Below are positions 8,901 to 17,715 of a DNA stretch of 64,000 nucleotides, one piece after another. The position numbers and the translations under genes are program-made. The notes under the pieces are model-generated. The model searched no databases. It saw only the letters and a list, made by a program, of their open reading frames with translations, and was not told the DNA's origin. Every line of letters begins with the position of its first letter. Position 1 is the first letter of the stretch. Origin of the DNA: a virus; the IMG/VR virus record IMGVR_UViG_3300025132_007963, positions 96,001-160,000 of that record; one strand, given 5' to 3'.

Positions 8901-10999
8901 TCTTGTTGCGAATATGGTAATTCTATATTTGTAACATGGTCGAAAAAAGTTCTAGCTCCAATGGTTGGTGCACGAAAATTTTTATAGAGCGAATCAGAAT
9001 CTGTACTTCCATTTGAAATATTGCGGTTATAATCAGTGTTAGATGGAAACACTCTCCTACCAGAACTAATAAGCCTTTCTGCCTCATCAGTTCTCAAATT
9101 TGTAAGTAACGCTAATTCAAGTCCTGTATCTAATTCATAAAATGGAAACACAGGTGTCATGTTATAATTGTTAAAACCACCAAAAGATAGGTCTTCCTCA
9201 TCACCGATATCCGTGGGCAAAACAAAAGAAAATCCATATTTTTCACCAGAACTATAACCAGCGTTTGTTCCTCTGTAATATGGCTGACCTCGTTCGGGCT
9301 GAAACCATCGTTTTAAAGGCACTGTAGTCGGACCTAAATTAACTGGAGTTGGGCTTCCGGCTAGATCAGAATCATAATGCTTGCTAATTGGTACTCTTAT
9401 TTCTGAAACGGCCATTTCGTCAATTAGTTGTACAAATTGTTGTAGACCGGATGGTCTAACTACTGGACGTTTACCGGTGGCTAATCGTCCTCGGCTATTT
9501 TCGAATACCTCTGGCTCAGCCAATTCATCATACCTACGAAGAAATTCTTCTGCTTTTGCAACATCTCCGGGTGATATATTTTTAGCAATAACAGCTGTCA
9601 GTAAATCTTTTAATCTTGCTATATTTTTTTGCCAGACATGATCCTTTTCAGATCGTGCGCTGACAAGGTAGCCGTAAAAATAATCAATCCAATTAAATTT
9701 TGATCCCTCCATATCAGCGATTGAGTTCCAGGAAAAAGGTCGATGGATCCTAGGGTGCGGTATTCTTAAGCAGAAAACTTCCTTTCTCCATTCTGTAATT
9801 CCTGGATCTGTATAACTGCTTAGAGCCCTAGGGTTATTTTGTATGTGTGCACGTGCAAATTTTGCCACACTTCCACGCATACGATCTCTCAAGTGGTTAG
9901 TAAATCCCTGTACTTTATTTTTTACAAAATCATCAATTTTAACTTTTGACGCACCGCGAGCAAATGCATTTTGTTCTAAACTTGGATCAATAGTTAATGT
10001 ATCCCCCATGGCAGTTTTAGATATAAATTCTGTCATCTTATCGTGAAGCATTCTATCTAGATTGTTAGACATTTTATCTAATGGTAAAATCATAACATCA
10101 CTCTTTCTATCGCCATCGCCTCTATGTTCACGTGGCCCTGCTATAAAGTTGCTAGGATTGTGAAAACTAAAATATTGTGTTTCTTTTTTATATTGGTCCC
10201 TAGCCCTATATTGACTAGGTAGTTTTGCCTCTGGGTCTAAATAACTCGCATCTGTAAATGAATTGTCATTTGAATTAGGGTTCTTGTTATTGTATATCTT
10301 TGTATTAGTTGTGCCGTTCGGTCCATCGCCGTCTAAAAGCACCCAGTATTTGCCACTAAAATATCGAAACGTATCATGTATTTGTCCATTTTTAGGAATT
10401 GATGTTGGAACTGAAAAATAATTTGGGTGAGGATTAATAAGGTCTGGCGGAACTGGAACCTTATTTATTTGTTGACCAGTTCCGGCTCCTGCAAAAGGCT
10501 CGCCGTCCCATGCACGCGTGCACAACAAAAGGCCATCATCTATAATCCACTTTGACTTATCGGCAGTCTGCGATACAGATGGCCCATATGTGGATGGGCC
10601 TGATAGGTCAAAATCAATATTTCTTTTAAAATCAACGTTTAGTGGCTCTGGCATCGGAGGTATATCTTCATTTACCTGTGATCCGTTGATTATATCTTCT
10701 TCAAAACTTAGCTGTTCATCACTATTGTTAGCATTGGCTGCTGTTTGTGTTTGTCCTATCGGGGACGCGTTAGCCCTTGCTCTTAGAGCAGCTAAGTCGG
10801 CTTGAAAAAGAGCATCTCCAGTATTATTGATCGTGCCGGATTCATTGTTTATAATTTCCAAATCGTTTTGAGTTAGATTAGGAAAATCATTTCTATTTTT
10901 AACACCCGCAATAATCTGAGCTACGGCATCAGGATTGTCCGCGCCTGGATACTGTGAAGCATTCGGACTAAATGGGGTTATATCGCATGGGCCAGCCAT
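5984..10999 (-). CDS. large virion structural protein (1671 aa) with C-terminal fibronectin type III-like module
   Basis: [13 protein letters not shown]...FEVFRV...[28 protein letters not shown] matches the FN3 strand pattern; GAGGAG SD. Confidence 0.5.
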   Translation of the reverse strand: [1671 protein letters not shown]

Positions 11000-11020
11000 A
11001 TTATATATAGACTCCTCTCA

Positions 11021-14000
11021 TTAATTTCCTGCTGGTCCTAGCACAGAAGTTGCTATAGTTTCATTGGTTCGATCAATACCTCCACGTGCGTTGTTGTTGG
11101 GTACCCATGAATTAATAAAAAGCTTAACAACATCTCGATAGCTACTGGTGCTAACGATTTGTCCACTTTCATCTCTTCTATATGATCTATCCTCAATTTG
11201 TGAAGTTGAAGGGATTATTTCATATTGTCGATATTGAAAATTAGGATTCTGATATTGTTGAAAACTATCCATAAGCTTAAGCGAATATGAAGTTAGCGAT
11301 TTCATTTCTTGTTCATAAATTGCTAATTCTGTATTATCTAATTCTCTTATTGATTTACGCCTTGACATGTCTGATGTTTTAAATTTAACTTCTCCTGTGC
11401 TATCTACTGATATACCAAAAGAAGATCCCACTGTTTCCATAATCATGTGAGCTGCCTGGTGGATCCACACATCAAAAACCGCACCGTTTGCAACGTCGTC
11501 AAACCTTCTTTGTAAATTAAGGCTTTGTTCAATACCGGGTAAGGTATCTCGGGATGGATCCCACAATCTCAACCTATACCTATTTACATCCGGACCACGA
11601 AAACCCTCTGCTATTTGTCCAAACCTATCAGCTCTATTGTAATCTCTACCTTCATCAAAACCACCTTCAAAATAACTTATATAAGATTTTACATTTACAA
11701 AACCAAGTTCTGGATGGATAACAAAGGGGCCATAATAAGGTGTTCCGGGTCTTCGAACAGCATCCTCTCTATTGCTAGATGCAGCCGTCGCTCCACCAAA
11801 CAAAGGCCCATCATAAACTAACATTCCTTTACTAACAAGAGGAATAAAATCACGAAATGTTGTATACTGCGATTCATCAAAATTTAAATTACGTGCTGCC
11901 ACGTCAACTGACGTATTTGTTTTTCTTGCTATTTCAAAAATTGTTCTTGATCTGTCGCTTCCCTCAATTATTAAATTTCTCCTTCTAGATAAATCAAGAA
12001 GCGCCTCTAACTGTAAAGGACTTAGTATTCCTTTTCGTGCAGCTTCGATAGAGTATTGCTGAGCCCCCGGTACGTTTGGGAACTGATCAAAGAGATTAAC
12101 TGATGTTCTTGTAGAAAATCGATTTCGAAATCTCAAATATCCCACATCAATCTTGGGGCTGTCTGCAAAATCTGATATATCTGCTTCACCATCAAAGCCT
12201 ACGTCACCCTCATGCAATACTTGCACCCTCACCGGTGTGTCTGCAGACGCGGCCACGCTCATTGCGAGACCTTCGGTTCCAGTGGCTGCTCTAACTACAC
12301 TAAAAGAACGTGCACGATATCTATTCAAATCAGCTACTCTTAGTCTTCTTACTCTTTCTTCAGGTGGTAATGGATTTTCAGTAATTTCAAAAAAATATTC
12401 TCTTGATGGAATGTTGTGATCTGAAACTATACCTATAGTTGGATTTACATATTTTTCTATTTTATAAAGACCTACGCCCAATCCGTCTAATGCTTGCTGC
12501 ATAGTAACTCTTCTGAATATAGGACTAGATGTATGCTTTTTACCTGATGTGCCTGTTTCTTTAAAACCTACAAACTTTTTTATAACTCCTATATTTCCAA
12601 ATATGGCGGGATTTATACATTTGAAATCTAGCCTGTTGCCATGAAATTTTGCTAGAGCATCAATATTTTGCTCAAAATTATTTGTAGTTAAATTGTTTGT
12701 GATATTTCTAGATAAATCGCCTACTTCTAATTGAGAAAAGTCACCATCAGTTTGTTGAATTAATCCCATAAATATTCTTATTTGCATTGGGTAAGCATCA
12801 AGCCTTGTTTTTATAAAACGACGGCCACTAGTATATCGCCCGCCACCAAATGGACCCTTTTCAGCTATACGTTTTTCCATTTGATTTTTTAAATCAGTAG
12901 TTATCGCGCCCAAAAGAGTTAATAAGTCAAAAGTTTTTTCTGTTTTTTCTCGACAAAATATCCTACTGATTGTATCTATGTTGGCCTCTCTTAAGACAAG
13001 TGAAGAATCAGCATCCACAGCTTCTGCTATTTCATCTTGATTTAAAGTAGGTTGATCATAAATTTCTCTAAATGTTGCTTCGCCCTTTTCTTTTCTACTT
13101 TGTATAAATTGCTTAGTGGCATCTTCTACTGATCGTAAAAACTGAGCGGTTGGAGCGGCGCCGACAGCAACTCCCGCATCTAGAGCAACTCTTCTAGAAT
13201 TTTTAATTGATGATGTGTTGACGCCATTGAATTCTAAAAATGCCATAATTTTATCAAAATTTTTACTTCTATCATTTCCAGTAAGCGCGGCTCTAAATAG
13301 CCTTTCTGCGTCAATATTTAGAGTTTGCTCTTCTATGCTTTTTATTTTTCTATTAAACCTATCAGAATCTCTAGAGACACCAGGAAGTGAAATTTTTACT
13401 GTGTCAAAAGTTAATGTGGCTGGAGATTGTTGACTAAGTGGTCCCTCAAATGCATTTGTGTTAGTGACACCAAACTTTTGCAATTCTTCCTGAAGTCTTT
13501 CCGTTAGTTGATCTGAACTGATAGCTGGAAAATTTGTTACCAACCCCCTCCCTTGAGATGAAAAATAACTCCCTATGCTATCTTTTATTTCAGAAGTCGA
13601 TACCTGGTTTTCTTCTGACTTGAACCATTTCTCAACCTCGATTATAGAGTTTCTTTTGCTTTTCATTCCCGCCAGTTCTTGATCTGTTGTTGTTTCGTTT
13701 AAAACTATATTATCGCCAACTATTTCTTCTATACCTCTCTCTAAAGAGAAATATGAATTTAATATTTCACCAATTTGTTCCGGAGTTGTGTTATCTGGAT
13801 TTAACAAGGAAATAAATCTATCAACCGTATTACTAACATGATTTTCTCCTTCAACTCTAAGATTTTGAGCACGCCAATCGTGAGACACAAATTCAGAATT
13901 AAATTCTTGCATTTGTGTTTTGAATTCTTCATTTAAAAAAAGTATGTTTGAAGCAATCGCATAATTTAAAGCTGGAACTATAAAAGAATCGTATTTTCTT

Positions 14001-16189
14001 TTTACATAATTTTTAAAACTATCAGTGAATTTTTCAGTCACGTGATTGTAGCTACCATTTTCTAGCGACGTTACCTTCCTCACTTCAGAATCAATAGCTG
14101 AAGCACGTGGCCCTGCTTCAAAATTTGAACCGCCGCCAGCGGGTATTAACGATTCGTAATAATAGTCCTCTATAACTCTTCGACCAGATTGCACCATGTT
14201 GTATAATACTTGAAAGAACTCTATCATTGGATCTACATACTTTAACTCTATACCATACTGATATACGCCATCTGTTATTCTGCTGATTGTTTCATCTCTA
14301 GCAACCAACACTCTATAGAAAGGAAAGCAAGGAATTCCTAAATTATTTAAAGGTAACGAAGTTTCATCGCCATCTGGTGTAACATACTGTTCACTAGATG
14401 GATCAAGATTACTAACGAAGCTTGTTCCGGAGTATGTCCAAGCTTGAAACATCTGATCTCGCCTTTCTGGGAAGTCTATATCGTTAATTGTGTTTCCTGC
14501 TCTATTTTCTTCAAACTGTTCAACCTGTGGTGGAATAGTCTGAACTAAAGTTCCGTAAACGCCACCGTCACTCATATCTGACCAAGAGGCATCAATTAGG
14601 TTTGATTGCCTAATTTTGCTTTTAAAGTCCATACCTGGAATGGCTTGTTCGCCTCCTTCGCAAACAACTTTAACTTTATCGTCAAAATAAAATCTTGTAG
14701 GCGAACCAAACTCATTTGCTTGGCTTGCCTCATCATAAACGCGACGTCGTAACAATTTAACAGATATAAGCTTTAAATTTCTTTTTGGATACAGTAGGGA
14801 AAAGTGTGCAAAACGAGGTAGTTTATCCCAAAGGTAACCAAGCCTTGAAAAATTTTTTAAAATTTGTTGTTGATCGATTGTAATATGAAGATTTACAACT
14901 CCTGATATTTTATCATGATTTACAATAAGTCCAATATTAGAAGATTTTGATTTTTGTAACTTTTCTCTTTTTAGAACTTCACGGGCAGTATTTATAAAAT
15001 TAGGAAATTTTTTAACAAGACTTTCAAATCTAGGATCAGTAAAGGGCGTTTCATCGCCAAAAGGTTCAGGAGCAGGCACATTGCTGATTTCTCTTTGAGA
15101 AACTGGTACGCCATCAGATAGCTGATCCATTAATACAATAGAACCTGGGTTGTTTACTTTATATTCCGTCCCTATGCCAAAATTCCTTCTGCCTATAAAA
15201 TCTTGTTGCGCTCTGCGATGGAATCTATTGTCTTGTATTTTTGTATTCATTACGGGCTTTACATATAGAGTATCATCTTGTGTATAGTTTTCTTTGCCTT
15301 CGTCATCAAGTGCTCCTAAAAAAGTAGAACCTTTTAAATATTGAGAAGGCAGATATGGAACACTAGCCCTGACAAATGTTCCTAAGTACGGAAGTCCAAG
15401 CCTATCAACAATAATTTCTGAACTTGTATTTAATTTTCCTTCTTTGAATACGGATACATATTCAATTTTACTTTTTATTTGATTTAAAAACTTTAAATCT
15501 TCTGGATCAAAACCTGTAATATCTGCATCACTGTTGAGGCTATAATCTATAAATAAAAACTGATATATTGATAGGTGCTCTTGATTGTTAAGAAATATTT
15601 TTTGTATATCTGATAAAACTGGAAGTCTATAATACTGGCCTTCGCTGTCTCTTTCTATATATTTTGTCCTAAACGTGTTTGCGTAGCGGCTTTGTATTTT
15701 ACCGTAATCAATTTCTATACCAGAATAATTTGTTCTTAGATTGGATAATCCTGTTGATATCGATACATCATCAGAAAAAGAATCGTTGTTTTTAACAAAA
15801 TAGTTCAACACCTGTTCGTCTGCCACGGCGTTTGTACAAATTATCGTCATATAATTTATACTATCCGATACACGCTTAATTACTTCACTATTTGAAGCAA
15901 AAACCCCCATTAGGTTTTCTCTGCTTTCTGCGTTTCCTATCTCTCCCAAGGCTTGCACAGTAGAAAGTTGTGCGTTTTGTCTATCGCCCCTTGTAGTTAA
16001 GCCCTCCTCGTCTACAAAGAAAAAAGAAGCACGATTTCCGGCAGTACTAGTTCTTTCTTTTATAAATGATTTAATTTTAAAAGTAAATCTTTTATCGTCA
16101 ATGCGATCCAATATCACAGAATCAACATAAAGTGGTGGTAATAAATTTTCTACTAACGATGTAGTTGCTTTTTTACCTAGTTTTTTCAT
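11021..16189 (-). CDS. large hypothetical virion protein (1722 aa)
   Basis: Long uninterrupted ORF coupled (TAATG) to the upstream structural gene; no recognisable enzyme motif. Confidence 0.5.
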   Translation of the reverse strand: MKKLGKKATTSLVENLLPPLYVDSVILDRIDDKRFTFKIKSFIKERTSTAGNRASFFFVDEEGLTTRGDRQNAQLSTVQALGEIGNAESRENLMGVFASNSEVIKRVSDSINYMTIICTNAVADEQVLNYFVKNNDSFSDDVSISTGLSNLRTNYSGIEIDYGKIQSRYANTFRTKYIERDSEGQYYRLPVLSDIQKIFLNNQEHLSIYQFLFIDYSLNSDADITGFDPEDLKFLNQIKSKIEYVSVFKEGKLNTSSEIIVDRLGLPYLGTFVRASVPYLPSQYLKGSTFLGALDDEGKENYTQDDTLYVKPVMNTKIQDNRFHRRAQQDFIGRRNFGIGTEYKVNNPGSIVLMDQLSDGVPVSQREISNVPAPEPFGDETPFTDPRFESLVKKFPNFINTAREVLKREKLQKSKSSNIGLIVNHDKISGVVNLHITIDQQQILKNFSRLGYLWDKLPRFAHFSLLYPKRNLKLISVKLLRRRVYDEASQANEFGSPTRFYFDDKVKVVCEGGEQAIPGMDFKSKIRQSNLIDASWSDMSDGGVYGTLVQTIPPQVEQFEENRAGNTINDIDFPERRDQMFQAWTYSGTSFVSNLDPSSEQYVTPDGDETSLPLNNLGIPCFPFYRVLVARDETISRITDGVYQYGIELKYVDPMIEFFQVLYNMVQSGRRVIEDYYYESLIPAGGGSNFEAGPRASAIDSEVRKVTSLENGSYNHVTEKFTDSFKNYVKRKYDSFIVPALNYAIASNILFLNEEFKTQMQEFNSEFVSHDWRAQNLRVEGENHVSNTVDRFISLLNPDNTTPEQIGEILNSYFSLERGIEEIVGDNIVLNETTTDQELAGMKSKRNSIIEVEKWFKSEENQVSTSEIKDSIGSYFSSQGRGLVTNFPAISSDQLTERLQEELQKFGVTNTNAFEGPLSQQSPATLTFDTVKISLPGVSRDSDRFNRKIKSIEEQTLNIDAERLFRAALTGNDRSKNFDKIMAFLEFNGVNTSSIKNSRRVALDAGVAVGAAPTAQFLRSVEDATKQFIQSRKEKGEATFREIYDQPTLNQDEIAEAVDADSSLVLREANIDTISRIFCREKTEKTFDLLTLLGAITTDLKNQMEKRIAEKGPFGGGRYTSGRRFIKTRLDAYPMQIRIFMGLIQQTDGDFSQLEVGDLSRNITNNLTTNNFEQNIDALAKFHGNRLDFKCINPAIFGNIGVIKKFVGFKETGTSGKKHTSSPIFRRVTMQQALDGLGVGLYKIEKYVNPTIGIVSDHNIPSREYFFEITENPLPPEERVRRLRVADLNRYRARSFSVVRAATGTEGLAMSVAASADTPVRVQVLHEGDVGFDGEADISDFADSPKIDVGYLRFRNRFSTRTSVNLFDQFPNVPGAQQYSIEAARKGILSPLQLEALLDLSRRRNLIIEGSDRSRTIFEIARKTNTSVDVAARNLNFDESQYTTFRDFIPLVSKGMLVYDGPLFGGATAASSNREDAVRRPGTPYYGPFVIHPELGFVNVKSYISYFEGGFDEGRDYNRADRFGQIAEGFRGPDVNRYRLRLWDPSRDTLPGIEQSLNLQRRFDDVANGAVFDVWIHQAAHMIMETVGSSFGISVDSTGEVKFKTSDMSRRKSIRELDNTELAIYEQEMKSLTSYSLKLMDSFQQYQNPNFQYRQYEIIPSTSQIEDRSYRRDESGQIVSTSSYRDVVKLFINSWVPNNNARGGIDRTNETIATSVLGPAGN

Positions 16190-17715
16190 TAATCACAAAC
16201 TCCACCATCTCCAGAATCATCATCAAAAGTACCATCATCAGCATCTGCTTCAGCAGCTTCGCCTAAGAGGGTTGTTGTTGAAGTCCCAAAAGGTTTGATA
16301 TTTATATTACCGATATCTCTAGTTTGGCCTGCGGGTGTGCTATTGTCTAATGTAGCATCAGATCTAGGTATACCTGTCCTAGGTAAGTATAGCCCACCTT
16401 GTTTTTCTGCATTTGAACCATTATCTCTTATCAGTTCTCCAGCAGGAATATCATCATCATAACTAATTTCTAAATATGTATCAATTAAATCTTTTTGATC
16501 AACTGTATCTAAATCATTTTCTGAGCAAAAAAGTTTTATCAACGTTTCTTCTTTTCTTTGTTTATTTGGGCCACCACCTGTAAAGTCTGTTACAGTCATT
16601 CCATCTGCTCCGTCATCATTTAAAGTTACAGTTACATTGCCACCTCTTCCACCTTCTGCTTGATCTACAATCACTACATTATCTTTTACTGAGGCTTTGA
16701 AATTGTCTAGGGCATTAATTGCTATAAACATATTATGTGCTGTATCGTTGATCGAACCTTCAGCAACTGCAAACGAAGGAGATGTTGTATTCGTATTCGT
16801 TGTTACTCCAGTAGCTGGTGCTGGATTGCCGGGTATACCAGTGCAAGTTAAAGTGTAAGATTGTCCTTCGGTATCTGTAAACGATACAGTGGCTCCGGTT
16901 GTTAAGTTAGAAAGATTAGTGATTGTAAAAGTTGCCCGGGCGGCTCCAATTTGTACTTCCCGTTCATCTTCAACTAAATAAAATTCAACATCAAAATTTT
17001 CTTTTTCAAATCTAACATTCTCTTCTTCAACCTTAAGCACTATAGATCGATCCTCTATTTCTAGTTCATACCCATCTGTAAAATATATCCTGTCTTCGAT
17101 ACCAGCTTGCATTTTAAAAAATGTATCTGAGACATTTTGTTCTATTTTTCTAGCATAAACATTTACATCTATATTCATTTCTAATTGAGGTATTCTCAAG
17201 CTGCGATTTGGCCCAGAAGAACTTAGCTCAACATTTGAATTAAATATTTCAGTATTTAAACTAACAACCGACCACGCAGGGGGCTTTTGAGACCCTATCT
17301 CTGACGTTCCAATAAAGTTTCTAATTAGATTTCCACCGTCCGGTGCCATGCTTATATCATTGATAAAATCCTTTCCATAAACATCGTCCAAGGGTACTTC
17401 TCCTATTTTAGTTTTTACTAACGCACGTGCAGACTCATAATCATTATTTTCAATGATATGTCCATTTAATCTCATCACTCTTGTTTCTGCGCTGCTGTGA
17501 TCTAAAACTGATCTAAGGTTAGGAGTTAAGTTTTGAATTCTTTCATTTGTTTCTTTTCTTTTTTCTGAAAGATTTAAAAATTCTGGGTCGTAGGTTACGT
17601 TGTCATCAGAAAAAGTATAAAATTTAGGACGCCATCTTCCCTTGGAAAGCAAATATTTTCCATATGCAGTAAGCTCAATTTCTATTACTTCTTCTTTTTT
17701 GTTAAAAAAAGTCAT
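16189..17715 (-). CDS. virion structural protein with tail-collar-like N-terminus and a ~124-aa inserted module
   Basis: N-terminus aligns with that of 4896-5900 (LT..G....G......DD...Y); internal module homologous to one in 29608-31890. Confidence 0.6.
   Translation of the reverse strand: MTFFNKKEEVIEIELTAYGKYLLSKGRWRPKFYTFSDDNVTYDPEFLNLSEKRKETNERIQNLTPNLRSVLDHSSAETRVMRLNGHIIENNDYESARALVKTKIGEVPLDDVYGKDFINDISMAPDGGNLIRNFIGTSEIGSQKPPAWSVVSLNTEIFNSNVELSSSGPNRSLRIPQLEMNIDVNVYARKIEQNVSDTFFKMQAGIEDRIYFTDGYELEIEDRSIVLKVEEENVRFEKENFDVEFYLVEDEREVQIGAARATFTITNLSNLTTGATVSFTDTEGQSYTLTCTGIPGNPAPATGVTTNTNTTSPSFAVAEGSINDTAHNMFIAINALDNFKASVKDNVVIVDQAEGGRGGNVTVTLNDDGADGMTVTDFTGGGPNKQRKEETLIKLFCSENDLDTVDQKDLIDTYLEISYDDDIPAGELIRDNGSNAEKQGGLYLPRTGIPRSDATLDNSTPAGQTRDIGNINIKPFGTSTTTLLGEAAEADADDGTFDDDSGDGGVCD
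16573..16944 (-). repeat. ~124-aa protein module, copy 1 (AARATFTI...TTNTNTTSPSFAV...FTGG)
   Basis: Colinear similarity to 31012-31362 along its whole length. Confidence 0.8.
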
